A stretch of 64,000 nt of DNA from NCBI GenBank assembly GCA_003697105.1, contig RFFQ01000003.1:4235-68234 (forward strand), in the 5' to 3' direction. Positions within the stretch are counted from its first letter, which is position 1. Each line of letters starts with the position of its first letter. Of this stretch, positions 27,340 through 37,776 are shown piece after piece. The notes under the pieces were generated by a model. It searched no databases. It was not told the DNA's origin and saw only the letters and a list, made by a program, of their open reading frames with translations. This DNA comes from Gemmatimonadota bacterium (GTDB taxonomy: Bacteria > 4572-55 > J002). Position numbers and translations under genes: made by a program.

Positions 27340-28044
27340 TCAATTTGCGGGGAAATCGGCCGTTTTCAACTGATCCAGATGGCGAGCAATGATGGGAATC
27401 ACTTTCTCAGTACTGCTTCTGAGAATTTTGGAAACCGCGGTAGAGGAAATGGTCGCTCCCGTAATCGTATCAATCTGCCAAGGTTTATTCTTTTCCCCCG
27501 GCTTGACCCACTCAATAGGGTGAGTAATACGACTCTTATCCGGCGTCAGTGATACATCTAATGCTTCAAAATTCTTCAAAAAATGCGGGTCTTTTTCAAT
27601 TTTATCACCCAGACCGGGGGTTTCCTTACTTTCCAGCACTTTCAACCCGATGATCGCCTCTTTTTCCGGTGAATAGCCATATACTAACCGGATCAACTCC
27701 TGAAAGCCTTGCCCGCTGGCGGCTACAGCGACACCCATCAAGTGATGGTCTTCCCCGTAACAGGCATAAATTTGGGCATTCATTGCCGCTTCACCGGTGA
27801 CTTCCACTAAATTGGAATCTTCAATTTTATAGGCGATCTTGTGCGTCGCACCTTTGATCACCTCATTAAAAAGTGCTTTTTCCAGATACACCGCTTTGTT
27901 TTTATTGATAACCGGTAGGGTGAGCTGGTACGTCAGAACGATTAAAATTCCAGCTAAAAAACCGACCCCACCCATAGCGGCAATCATGTGGAAACTACTT
28001 GCCTGCGGAACTTCTGAAATAGGTTGTGTTTGGATTTCTGCCAT
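27340..28044 (-). CDS. rnfG: Rnf complex subunit G (FMN-binding, RnfG/NqrC family)
   Basis: 234 aa with an N-terminal transmembrane anchor and the covalent-FMN attachment motif TITGATISS. Confidence 0.8.
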   Translation of the reverse strand: MAEIQTQPISEVPQASSFHMIAAMGGVGFLAGILIVLTYQLTLPVINKNKAVYLEKALFNEVIKGATHKIAYKIEDSNLVEVTGEAAMNAQIYACYGEDHHLMGVAVAASGQGFQELIRLVYGYSPEKEAIIGLKVLESKETPGLGDKIEKDPHFLKNFEALDVSLTPDKSRITHPIEWVKPGEKNKPWQIDTITGATISSTAVSKILRSSTEKVIPIIARHLDQLKTADFPAN

Positions 28045-28048
28045 GACC

Positions 28049-28363
28049 TCAACCTACCGTTGTCTGTTTGATCAATGCCACATGATACGGGAACAGTTCA
28101 CCCGTCATAATTCCTCGGGTGATTGCGGGGTCTTGGTTCATAAAGGCTTCTGCCGCTTCATCAGTTTCCGCCTCAAAGATCACAATCCCAAACGCATGTT
28201 TTGCCGCATTCAGGGTTCGACCGGCTAAAATTACCGTTCCGGCATCACAATGTGTTTTTAAGTGATTAAAATGATCCGTAATAATTTGATTGTCAGCTTC
28301 CGTCCATGCCGAATCATCATGTAACCGCGGAATCAACGAAAGTTTATACAGATACTGGTTCAT
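28049..28363 (-). CDS. YciI-like (Dabb-fold) small protein inserted in the rnf operon
   Basis: 104 aa: MNQYLYKLSLIPRLHDDSAWTEADNQIITDHFNHLK ... has a YCII-related domain pattern. It overlaps the rnfD stop by 4 nt. Confidence 0.55.
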   Translation of the reverse strand: MNQYLYKLSLIPRLHDDSAWTEADNQIITDHFNHLKTHCDAGTVILAGRTLNAAKHAFGIVIFEAETDEAAEAFMNQDPAITRGIMTGELFPYHVALIKQTTVG

Positions 28364-29382
28364 TGGGTCTCCTTCACCGCCCCGTAAATTCGGGGTTGGG
28401 TCAATCGATTAATGATCGGGGTAGCGGCATTCATCAATAAGATGGAATACATGACGCCTTCCGGCAAACCGCCAAACTCCCGGATGACAATCACCAAAAT
28501 TCCGATTCCGATGCCAAAAATCCAGCAACCGAGCGGTGTTACCGGCGATGTTACCATATCGGTTGCCATAAAGACCGCTCCCAGCACCAATCCTCCCGAA
28601 AGCAGATGAAAGATCGCCGGTGGAAACGCCTCTGGGTTCAGAAGATGCAGTACAGACGCTAAAATAAAAACTGTGGCAAAAATGCTGACCGGAATCCGCC
28701 AGTTAAACAGGTTCCGCACCGCCAGATACAACCCCCCCATCAAAATAACAACGGCGCATGTCTCCCCTAAAGACCCCGCGGTATTGCCAAGAAAGAGTTC
28801 CATCATACCGGTCGGTTGGTTACCCCACTTCATCATTGCTAGCGGAGTTGCGGCGGTCGTGGCATCAATGCCGGTACTGGTCATAAATGGTAGCGCAAAA
28901 TTTGCCCCGCGTACCTCCCAAAAACCACTAAAATTGCCTTGTGGACTCCACGTCGTCAGAGAAACCGGGAAAGCGGCTTGCAGAAAAGCACGCCCGACCA
29001 ATGCCGGGTTGAACACATTATAGCCAATGCCACCAAAAATCAACTTTCCCAGCCCAATGGAAGCAACCCCACCGACAAATGCCATCCATAACGGTATCCC
29101 CGGGGGTAAAGTTAATGCCAGTAGAATTCCGGTAATCATGGCACTCCCGTCCCGAATGGTACGTTGGGTAAAAACCCATTCGGTTAAGATCGCTCCAGCC
29201 ACACATGCCCCGGTCACCAGCAGAGCACTAATTCCAAAATAGTACGTCGCTGCCAACACCACCGGAACAAGGGTAAAGACAACCTGCCACATAATAAACG
29301 GAGTAGAGGTTGCATCCTTCAAAAACGGCGATGTCGAAAGCAATAAAGGTTGTGTTTTCATAAGGCTTATCCTGCATTCCAC
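28360..29382 (-). CDS. rnfD: Rnf complex subunit D (RnfD/NqrB family)
   Basis: 340-aa polytopic membrane protein (TPFIMWQVVFTLVPVVLAATYYFG ... GGIGYNVFNPALVGRAFL) typical of RnfD. Confidence 0.85.
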   Translation of the reverse strand: MECRISLMKTQPLLLSTSPFLKDATSTPFIMWQVVFTLVPVVLAATYYFGISALLVTGACVAGAILTEWVFTQRTIRDGSAMITGILLALTLPPGIPLWMAFVGGVASIGLGKLIFGGIGYNVFNPALVGRAFLQAAFPVSLTTWSPQGNFSGFWEVRGANFALPFMTSTGIDATTAATPLAMMKWGNQPTGMMELFLGNTAGSLGETCAVVILMGGLYLAVRNLFNWRIPVSIFATVFILASVLHLLNPEAFPPAIFHLLSGGLVLGAVFMATDMVTSPVTPLGCWIFGIGIGILVIVIREFGGLPEGVMYSILLMNAATPIINRLTQPRIYGAVKETQ

Positions 29383-29431
29383 AAGACGTCATTTATCATT
29401 ACGTCATTCATCATTGCCCACTGCCAACTAT

Positions 29432-30787
29432 TCACTGTTTACGGGCTTGTTTTTCCCGGATCATCCCTTTGGCAACCCGGAAGCGTTGCACCAACGGAAT
29501 ATTTGAAGGACAGACGTACGAGCACGATCCGCACTCCACGCAATCCATCAAGTGATAATTTATCATTTCTTCATACCGTTTGACCCGCGCCAGTTGGCCC
29601 AGCCGGCTGGGGTTAAGGAAAACCGGGCACGCCTCCACACAGCGAGAACAATGGATACACGCATATTCATGGCGCGGACGGATGAGTTCTTCGGTCAGAC
29701 AGACAACCCCAGAGGTACCTTTCATGACCGGCACATCGAGAAACACCTGCGGTGCACCCATCATGGGACCGCCAAACAAAATCTGACGGGTGTCATCGGT
29801 GATACCACCACAATAAGCGAGCAGATCGCTGAGTTTGGTGCCAATTGGCACGGTCAAATTTGCCGGACGGTGGATACCCGGACCGGTTACGGTCACCACT
29901 CGCTCAATTAAGGGCTGGTTGAAGCGGACGAGATCACCAATCCCAGCCATCGTTCCCACATTATTGACCACAACTTCGGCATCAATCGGCAATTTCCCAC
30001 TCGGAACCTCCCGGTTAAGTACCGCCGTAATCAGCATTTTCTCCGCACCTTGGGGATATTTCGTCTGTACCGGCACCACTTCACAGTTTAAATCGGACGG
30101 CACGGTTGCTTGCAGACGTGAAATGGCATCGGGTTTATTGGTCTCCACGCCAATATAGGTTTTTTCCGCACCCAAAATCTTCATACAGACCCGGATACCC
30201 AGATAAATCGAATCGGTTTGTTCCAGCATCAGCCGGTGATCCGTCGTCAAGAACGGTTCGCACTCTGCCGCATTGACAATAAAAAATTTAGCGGTTTTTC
30301 CTTTAGGAGGGGTCAGTTTCACGTGCGTCGGAAATGCCGCCCCACCTAAGCCGACAAATCCACCGGACTGAATAAACTGAACCAACTCTGGCGGGGACAG
30401 ATGCTCCCAATCCAGTTGTTTTTCATTATAAAGCGTTTGGGGTGAGAAGGGGTCCCGCTCAATCACAATCGATTCCACCATCTTGCCGGTGGGATGGTGG
30501 CGCAGTTCAATCCCTTTGATAGTACCCGTCACGGATGCGTGAAGTGGAACGGAAACAAAACCACTTGCCTCCGCAACCGGTTGCCCCCGAAAGACCTTAT
30601 CCCCTGCCTTAACAATGGGTTTGGAGGGGGCGCCTAAATGCTGGCTCAGCGGCAAAACATATTCATCCACAAATGGCATCCGCTCAATGGGTAAATCTTT
30701 GGTAAAATCTTTGTATTCAGAGGGATGAATCCCGTGCTTAAACGTTTTCGCCGGATTCAAAAAATGAAGTAGTGCCGTCATAATCAA
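29432..30787 (-). CDS. rnfC: Rnf complex subunit C (NADH-binding, 2x[4Fe-4S])
   Basis: 451 aa with an RnfC N-terminal domain, a Rossmann-like GLGGAAFPTHVK, and two ferredoxin motifs (CIHCSRCVEACP, CVECGSCSYVCP). Confidence 0.85.
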   Translation of the reverse strand: MIMTALLHFLNPAKTFKHGIHPSEYKDFTKDLPIERMPFVDEYVLPLSQHLGAPSKPIVKAGDKVFRGQPVAEASGFVSVPLHASVTGTIKGIELRHHPTGKMVESIVIERDPFSPQTLYNEKQLDWEHLSPPELVQFIQSGGFVGLGGAAFPTHVKLTPPKGKTAKFFIVNAAECEPFLTTDHRLMLEQTDSIYLGIRVCMKILGAEKTYIGVETNKPDAISRLQATVPSDLNCEVVPVQTKYPQGAEKMLITAVLNREVPSGKLPIDAEVVVNNVGTMAGIGDLVRFNQPLIERVVTVTGPGIHRPANLTVPIGTKLSDLLAYCGGITDDTRQILFGGPMMGAPQVFLDVPVMKGTSGVVCLTEELIRPRHEYACIHCSRCVEACPVFLNPSRLGQLARVKRYEEMINYHLMDCVECGSCSYVCPSNIPLVQRFRVAKGMIREKQARKQ

Positions 30788-32574
30788 AAAAACCAGAAAT
30801 ACGTGAAAAGAGTAACACCAATGCCGGTCATGACATTCATGGGAACACCAATTTTGAGAAAGTCACGGAAGCAATAACCCCCCGGACCATAAACCATTAA
30901 ATTCGTCTGGTAGCCAATCGGTGTAGCAAAACTAGCCGATGCCGCGATGGTCATCGGGATAACCAACAATTTGGGATCAAAACTCAGGGTTTGTGCCGCT
31001 TCTAGGGCAATCGGGAACATGATCGCGGCGGCGGCGTTGTTGGTAATCATCTCTGTGTAAATACTGGTCAGAAAAAAAATCCCAGCAATAACTCCCACCG
31101 GACCAAAAAATGAGACGAGGTCAATCATGTGGGTTGAAATCCATGTTGCTAAACCGGAATTTTCCAATGCCCGCCCGACACCAAAGGCAGACGCTATCGC
31201 CAACAACACCCCCCAATCCACCGATTTTTGAGCGGTCTCCACACTGATGATGCGCAACGCCACCATCAATACTGCCGTACACGCCGCGGCTAACACCATG
31301 GGCATGATGCCGGTGGTTGCCACTAAAATCATCAATATCAGCAGTCCAAGCGCCAGATTTCCTTTCCATCTGGGCTTAGAGAAGACCTCCAAACTGGGTG
31401 AAACCAATAAAAAATCCGGCGAGTGGTACCAGCGGGCATCAAACCCCTTTTTGGACAAAATAAAGAGTGTATCACCCGGGCGAAAAACAATATCCCCCAC
31501 TTTTTTGTTAATCCGGTGTCCGCTACGATGAATCGCCAGAATCACGGCATCAAACCGGCTGCGAAAGTTGCTTTCCCGCACAGATTGCCCCACCAGCGAG
31601 GAGCGTTCCGAAATGACCGCCTCATACGTATTCAGTTGGTCGGAGTCAAAATCGGCAAGGTTGAACTCACTATCCCGCACCGCATACAAACCGTGCATTT
31701 TTTGCAGTTCGTAAATCGTCTCCGGCAATCCCGTAAAAAAGAGCCGGTCTTTCTCCAAAATAATCTCATCCGGTGCAACGGGCGCGATAATTTCGCCATC
31801 CCGAATAATCTGAAATAAAAATAAGCCCTGCAAATGGCGGAGTTTGGCATCATCAACGGTCTGGTTGAGTCCCGGGTAATCTGCCGAGACACTCATTTCT
31901 ACCACAAATTCACGGGTGTGGTCACCCAAATCAACAATGGGGTCTTTCTTTGACGGCAATACAAAATAGCTCACCAATGATAACCCGAACAACAAGATCA
32001 CGGTCAGCGGCAAGCTGATTTTGGTGAGTTCAAAGAATGAAAACCCATCCAGCCCATGATCCAGCAACATCCCATGCACCACTAGATTGGTGCTAGTGCC
32101 GATCAACGTACAAGTCCCCCCTAAAATTGCCGCGTACGAAAGCGGAATCAGGAACTTCGATGCCGGTTGGTCCATCCGTTTTGCCCAGTTTTTGACCACC
32201 GGAATCAACGTTGCCACAATGGGGGTGTTGTTCAGGAACGCCGACAGGGTTGCCACCGGTATCATCAACCGCAGATACCGTAAAACCGTGGGGGTCTGGC
32301 GGTCTCCGAGTAAACCGTAAATGAGTTTATCAAATGAACTGGAGCTTTGCAACGCCGTGCTGACCACAAACAAAAACCCAACCGCCAACATGCCTTTGTT
32401 GGCGAATCCGGCAAATGCCTCATCCACACTAACGACACCCCCAATCGTCAATAAGAGCAGTGCCCCCAAGATCGTAATATCCGGTTTGAACAGCTCGGTT
32501 GCCAGCACAATAGTCATCAACAGCAGGATGAAGGCAGTGTACCAGAGTTCAAAATCCATGTTTTCAAGGAACAT
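30784..32574 (-). CDS. SLC13/DASS-family anion transporter with two central TrkA-C domains
   Basis: 596-aa permease with hydrophobic N- and C-terminal halves and two regulatory TrkA_C-like cytoplasmic segments in the centre. Its stop overlaps the rnfC start by 4 nt. Confidence 0.65.
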   Translation of the reverse strand: MFLENMDFELWYTAFILLLMTIVLATELFKPDITILGALLLLTIGGVVSVDEAFAGFANKGMLAVGFLFVVSTALQSSSSFDKLIYGLLGDRQTPTVLRYLRLMIPVATLSAFLNNTPIVATLIPVVKNWAKRMDQPASKFLIPLSYAAILGGTCTLIGTSTNLVVHGMLLDHGLDGFSFFELTKISLPLTVILLFGLSLVSYFVLPSKKDPIVDLGDHTREFVVEMSVSADYPGLNQTVDDAKLRHLQGLFLFQIIRDGEIIAPVAPDEIILEKDRLFFTGLPETIYELQKMHGLYAVRDSEFNLADFDSDQLNTYEAVISERSSLVGQSVRESNFRSRFDAVILAIHRSGHRINKKVGDIVFRPGDTLFILSKKGFDARWYHSPDFLLVSPSLEVFSKPRWKGNLALGLLILMILVATTGIMPMVLAAACTAVLMVALRIISVETAQKSVDWGVLLAIASAFGVGRALENSGLATWISTHMIDLVSFFGPVGVIAGIFFLTSIYTEMITNNAAAAIMFPIALEAAQTLSFDPKLLVIPMTIAASASFATPIGYQTNLMVYGPGGYCFRDFLKIGVPMNVMTGIGVTLFTYFWFF

Positions 32575-32579
32575 CTAAT

Positions 32580-35500
32580 TTAAGTGTGATCACCATTACC
32601 CGCTAACGTTAGCAGGTACTCCCGGAAACTGGCACGGAAATTCGGGTCGTTGCCCACATACGCCATCAATTTTCGGCGTAGCCGATCCAGATAAATTTGC
32701 CCGTGTTGTTGGTCAAGAGTGGCGAGCTGGGCTTCATAATCCGCAATTAAAGCGGCTTTTTCCTGCTCAAACTGATCGATCATTTCGCGTTTCGCCTGTT
32801 CGATGATCTGCTCATTTGCCGGGGAATAAATTCCGGCTAATTCCTGCAATAGTCGCCAAAAGCGGTGTCTATCTTCAATTTCTGCAATAAGTTGTGGCGA
32901 AAGCAACGCCCGTAATTTCTCACCATTCTGAGTGGTAAACATCACGTAAGCGGCATAATACGCCCGATCCGCCACCGGAAGTTGTAGATAATCTGCTAGG
33001 GGTAATTGATTTTGATCCCATTGCTGTTTTGGCAAAAGATTGATTTGCGACCGGAACCGGGCTTCTGTTAGGGCAAAATCGGCGAATGTTAAGCCATTAA
33101 ACAGATCAGACTCCACTGCTGGATTGCCCGCCAGATTCAATACCGGTTGTCCCGGCGGGTACGTAAACACCGGAAACGTCCGGCTTTCCACCGCCAAGCG
33201 CCCTTGAGCAAACACCTGATCCGGAGCAATCCCATGGCTCGCCGGTTCGGGAGTGTAAATATTCAAAACCGCGGGACCGTCCCACAGCACCGCATCCCTC
33301 ACCCCTTTGAGCAAATGACCGGGAGTCCCGACACTACTTTGCACCACATAGACTCCGCGGTGCATTAGCGCCAGCAAGCCAAATTCCCGCCGGTACCGCC
33401 GTGCCGCGAAACTCGCGCCGTTAGACTGCCCGCCAGTTGCCGTGAAGCCCTGTGTATCCAGCAGCACTATCTTGACCGGCAGGTGGCTTGCCATCAGGCG
33501 GGAAACCGCTTCAAATCCGGCTTCACCGAGTGCGCCATCACCCCCGACTACCAGTAGCGGCGGGCACAATTCCCGCTCTGCCGGACTAAAATCTTTGATG
33601 CTAAACTGCGCAAAAAAGGCATCGTGTTCTGCGGCACGATAAGCATCATCAAGTTCTAACTCCGCCTGCCGGATAACCTTAAACGTCTCCGCCATTTTGC
33701 GTTGAATGCCTGCTAGCAAGCCTTCCGCCACAGCGGCGGCATCACCGTACCCTTGATTCGCCCATGGAAACGGAAACGGATTGTAGGGATACGTGCCCCC
33801 CCAAAAGAGTACACTACCCGTAGCTAACGCCATTGCCAACCGCGCCCGGCCGTCACCGTTAAAACCGGTTTGATACCGTTGCTGAAGGTCGATCAACTGT
33901 TGCCGCAAGTTTGTTAATCGTTCCAGTTGGCGTTTATCCAATTGGGGGAGCGGCGCATCGGTCGCCAACGCCACTAGCGTTTGGGGGTCAATGTGTTTTT
34001 GTTCCAATGCGGCGAGTTTTTTCCCAAACAGGTCAAAGTCATTGATATGGAGGGAATGGGTCATCTTCCCCTGTAATTTCAACTCGATCTGGTTCACCAG
34101 ATCGGATAATCTTGCGCGGAACTGTTCGATTCTGGGCTGCATAACGGCTTCAATGGCAGCCGCCACCAGATGAATGGCAATTTTAGACCCACTACCGGGG
34201 AAGGCACCATCCCCACCGATCAGCGAATGGTACACTTTCGGGTTTAACAAGCGGTAACCTTCGGTTTGGAGGTCGTCTTTATCGATCAGCGCTTCAATCT
34301 GATCCGTTGAGGGGGCGGGTAACTGCCGTAAAAAGTCACCCTGCCGTTGTGCCGATTCTAACCGTTCCGCAGTCTGGGCGACCATCTCAATTGCATTTTC
34401 GGGGCAAACCGCCGCACACAAGCCACACATTTTACAGGCTTGCGGGTCCACCGCTATCGTGAGAAGACCTTGCCGAAACGAGGTAAACGGGAAACCGGCA
34501 ACCTCACCCCGCAATTGATTGAAATCATGCTGAATCGCTGCTTGTTGGTCCCCTTTCAAGTTCATCAGGGACATCAGCTTGTCGAACGCTTGCTGTAACA
34601 GGACATCGACCGTTGCCAACTCGCTGGAATTCGCTTTATCAAGGATTTTCTGAGCTTGCTTTGCCAGATGATCTGCCATGCGTTGAAGTTGAATCATCGA
34701 CTCGCCACGTGCCTGACATGCTTTGATCCCCGTTTGAATGATGGAACCAATATGTTGCGCCGTTACGGGTAGCGCCATATCGGGGCAGGTGGTCCAGCAG
34801 AGGTTACAGCCGGTACACCGGCAATGATCAATCTGCGGGAGTTGGGTGCAATACGCACTCATATCACGAAACGCCGCACTGCGTGCCGGAATGACGCCTG
34901 CCGCTACAAACGGGTCGGGCAGCGCCTGATCCGGTTGCGCCGTTTCATAAAAATAACCCACCGAATCCCAAAAACGGGCTAAATCTGGCAGTTTGCCATC
35001 GGGTTGGCTGACCTGCTTCACCGTCCAAGGGGGTGCCGGTTCAAATATGCCCACCCCTTCATGATCGGGCATCGCTTGCCAGTCCAAAGGCTGTACCATT
35101 TCTGCACCGTGGATCATCATCTTGAAATTGAGGTCAATCACCTTTTTGGATTTCCCAAACTGTGCTTCTAATTGGCGGCGATAATGCCCGCGTAGCGGCT
35201 CTAAATCATCAGCGGAGAAATCCTCACAGACCTTAAAAAACGCCCCGATCAAGGCTTGATTTGCTAACCGGTCATCATACCGCCCATCTGCCGCCATCGA
35301 TTGTAAAATGTGCTGGGCATTGATCAGGTAAATACGGGCGTTTAACGCCTTGACCTGCCGCTTGACTTTATCCGGCAGGCGTAACCAAAGTTGGTCGGGA
35401 GTCTGTTCAGATTGTACCAGTAGGATACCGTTTTCCTTGAGATGGGCAAAATTAGCGGCATTATGAAAAAGCGTGGTGTGGGAAAAGAGAATCGCATCCA

Positions 35501-37151
35501 CTTTATCGGACACATGTTTGGGGGTAGTATCCTCATCGGAATGTAAAATCGTGTAAATTGTGGGTTGCATGGACTGGTTGGGACCGTATTCTGGGTAGGT
35601 TCGGATGTGCCAATTTTTGGCATCCGCCAAGGTTCGTGCCAAGACGGTGCCGGCAAGCGTTCCTCCGGCACCGGCAATGGAATAAAGTTGGAATGCCCGG
35701 AAGGTTTTGGGTTCTTTTTTCAGATGGAGGTCACCGGTCAGGCTGAATCGATCCAAGCCCGGATAATCCCGGTGCATCACCTGCTGTAACGTTTCCAGCA
35801 TCGGGAATCGCACACCATCTTGCCGGAAGGTAAGCCCGAGGTAAAATTTGCGTTTTTGCGCCCCTTTGGGAGTCATGTTGCGGAAGGTGGCGACAAGATC
35901 ACCAAACTGCGGATTTCGTCCGCCAATACCATATATACCGGTGTAAAACTGGGGTCGATCTTTGAGGTGGCGGTACACCGCATGGTCTGGGTACACCGGA
36001 TGTTGCGGTCGGAGACCATTTTCAAGTGCTTTGTCCACCGCGGCGCGAACTTCCCGGAGCAGGGGCAGGTCTTCTGCCAACGGCTGGTCAACCCGTTCCA
36101 ATACGGTGACGGCGGTTTTCCCTTTCAAGAAGTGGGTCAGCAAGTCCCCCGGAAACGGGCGAAACACACTCAGATTGATCACCCCCGCTTTGATATGTTC
36201 GTGCTGGCGCAGGTAATCCGCCGCCGCTTCGGCATCTTCGACCACAGAGCCTTGAGCAATGATCACGTAATCCGCATCCTCAATTTTGTAGCCAGAGGCG
36301 CGTTGGTAGTAGCGGGCAGTTAGTTCGGCAAACTCTGCCATCGCCTGATCCATAAATTGGGCAACATGATCGAAGAAAAACGGTCGTTGGGCGGCAATTG
36401 CACGGAAAAAACTATCTTGATCGTGTACCGTGCCGATTCCCAACGGGCGATCCAGATCGAACCATTCCGGGATACGGCGGCGTTTATCGCCAAAGATCAT
36501 CTTTTGGGCTGGGGTGGGTGTTGGAATCAGGTCATGAGCCGTTCCGAGAAATTCGCGCACCAAATCTGCCGGGGGGAGCTGGATCGTTTGGACGGAATGG
36601 CTGGTATAGTAGCTATCCTGAGCCACAATACCGGGGTTAAGCGCCAGTTCCGCCACGCGATGAGCAATCAAGGCAAAATCAACGGCTTCTTGTACATTTT
36701 TCGCAAACATCTGGAAGGCGCCGGTATCTGCCACCGCATGATAATCATCGTGCCCGCCATGTAAGGTATTGGCGTGCTTGGCAATCGCCCGGCAAGTCAG
36801 GTTGATCACATAACTGAGCCGCTTCCCTACCGCCGCAAAAAGCGACTCGTGCATTTCGGCGAGCGTACTACCGCTGGTAAAGGTGGTGGATCGTAACCCG
36901 ACCAGCGAAAAACCCGCCAGCGTACCGGCAACGGAACGCCCACTACCCGCCTCCCGAAAAATAAGTGCCCCTTCCTGTAAGGGAGCGGCTAATTGGGCGG
37001 TGTTCGGCACCGGGAACATCCCGGCGGCATCGCTCGCTAATTTTTCGACCCGAAGGACGGCAGTATGTCCATCCAGCGCGATTTTTTGCCCGTTAAAACG
37101 GGGTTCTTTTTTGGTTTTGGATTTATTAAATAGCATCGATCCGGTATCCAA
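32580..37151 (-). CDS. Giant fused PFOR-like 2-oxoacid:ferredoxin oxidoreductase (about 1523 aa) with inserted segments and a coiled-coil C-terminal tail
   Basis: PFOR domain order is retained: an N-terminal pyrimidine-binding domain, a gamma-like domain (GAGGTLAGTVLA), two 4Fe-4S motifs (CRCTGCNLCWTTCP, CKMCGLCAAVCP), and a TPP-binding domain (CPPLLVVGGDGALGE ... LLDTQGFTATGGQSNGASF). Two features are non-canonical: the cluster motifs are separated by about 130 aa, and there is an about 170-aa C-terminal extension. Confidence 0.7.
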   Translation of the reverse strand: MDTGSMLFNKSKTKKEPRFNGQKIALDGHTAVLRVEKLASDAAGMFPVPNTAQLAAPLQEGALIFREAGSGRSVAGTLAGFSLVGLRSTTFTSGSTLAEMHESLFAAVGKRLSYVINLTCRAIAKHANTLHGGHDDYHAVADTGAFQMFAKNVQEAVDFALIAHRVAELALNPGIVAQDSYYTSHSVQTIQLPPADLVREFLGTAHDLIPTPTPAQKMIFGDKRRRIPEWFDLDRPLGIGTVHDQDSFFRAIAAQRPFFFDHVAQFMDQAMAEFAELTARYYQRASGYKIEDADYVIIAQGSVVEDAEAAADYLRQHEHIKAGVINLSVFRPFPGDLLTHFLKGKTAVTVLERVDQPLAEDLPLLREVRAAVDKALENGLRPQHPVYPDHAVYRHLKDRPQFYTGIYGIGGRNPQFGDLVATFRNMTPKGAQKRKFYLGLTFRQDGVRFPMLETLQQVMHRDYPGLDRFSLTGDLHLKKEPKTFRAFQLYSIAGAGGTLAGTVLARTLADAKNWHIRTYPEYGPNQSMQPTIYTILHSDEDTTPKHVSDKVDAILFSHTTLFHNAANFAHLKENGILLVQSEQTPDQLWLRLPDKVKRQVKALNARIYLINAQHILQSMAADGRYDDRLANQALIGAFFKVCEDFSADDLEPLRGHYRRQLEAQFGKSKKVIDLNFKMMIHGAEMVQPLDWQAMPDHEGVGIFEPAPPWTVKQVSQPDGKLPDLARFWDSVGYFYETAQPDQALPDPFVAAGVIPARSAAFRDMSAYCTQLPQIDHCRCTGCNLCWTTCPDMALPVTAQHIGSIIQTGIKACQARGESMIQLQRMADHLAKQAQKILDKANSSELATVDVLLQQAFDKLMSLMNLKGDQQAAIQHDFNQLRGEVAGFPFTSFRQGLLTIAVDPQACKMCGLCAAVCPENAIEMVAQTAERLESAQRQGDFLRQLPAPSTDQIEALIDKDDLQTEGYRLLNPKVYHSLIGGDGAFPGSGSKIAIHLVAAAIEAVMQPRIEQFRARLSDLVNQIELKLQGKMTHSLHINDFDLFGKKLAALEQKHIDPQTLVALATDAPLPQLDKRQLERLTNLRQQLIDLQQRYQTGFNGDGRARLAMALATGSVLFWGGTYPYNPFPFPWANQGYGDAAAVAEGLLAGIQRKMAETFKVIRQAELELDDAYRAAEHDAFFAQFSIKDFSPAERELCPPLLVVGGDGALGEAGFEAVSRLMASHLPVKIVLLDTQGFTATGGQSNGASFAARRYRREFGLLALMHRGVYVVQSSVGTPGHLLKGVRDAVLWDGPAVLNIYTPEPASHGIAPDQVFAQGRLAVESRTFPVFTYPPGQPVLNLAGNPAVESDLFNGLTFADFALTEARFRSQINLLPKQQWDQNQLPLADYLQLPVADRAYYAAYVMFTTQNGEKLRALLSPQLIAEIEDRHRFWRLLQELAGIYSPANEQIIEQAKREMIDQFEQEKAALIADYEAQLATLDQQHGQIYLDRLRRKLMAYVGNDPNFRASFREYLLTLAGNGDHT

Positions 37152-37260
37152 TATATCTCTAAATATACGAATGAGTTCAAGAATTGGGGCGGTTAAGCCA
37201 CCTCATGGTATGATCATCAAAAAACCTTATGTTTTTAGACTGCTATGGCAACACACCTTC

Positions 37261-37716
37261 TTATAAGAGTACTCTCGGATGTGTAACTATTTGAGGTTAT
37301 GGGTCTTAAAATTCAGGTTTCAGCAGTTGCAATACACAAAAATTTAAATCACCACATCTCTCGGATGTTTCTTCCGAGAGTTCTCCGCACAGGAGAGCCG
37401 GCTGGCCTTCCCCCCGATGTCAGGGGGATTAAGGGGGGGTCAAACATCCTCCCCTCTTGCGGTTCCAACGCGCCTCCGCGCAGGAGAGCCAACACGGTCA
37501 TGGTAGAGACGTTGCAGTGCAACGTCTCTACCAGTTCCACACCGTCGAACAGGTGAATGCCCTCTAACGATCACGATCAGGTCGAACGCTCCTGCTTTGA
37601 CCCTCATTTTTTAAAACCGACACGGTCAAAGACGAATTGTCGCTGTCGCGAGAAACAGAATGAAGCACTACTCTGGCAATACTCTCGGAAGAAACATCCG
37701 AGAGTTCTCCTTATAA
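37261..37716. mobile_element. MITE-like non-coding element (about 456 bp) with roughly 25-bp imperfect terminal inverted repeats and internal hairpin modules
   Basis: Left end is TTATAAGAGTACTCTCGGATGTGT. The right end, reverse-complemented, is TTATAAGGAGAACTCTCGGATGTTT. There are three copies of the hairpin module CTCTCGGA-N7-TCCGAGAG (37271, 37358, 37683), and the loop is inverted between copies. Internally there is a perfect 31-bp palindrome (37502-37532) and G/C-run stem segments. No ORF of reasonable length is present. Confidence 0.4.
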
Positions 37717-37776
37717 CGACAAAGCTCACCTGCCGCTTTGGTGCGCAGCGGAAAAGCGGTCAGGTGCAGCGCCTTG

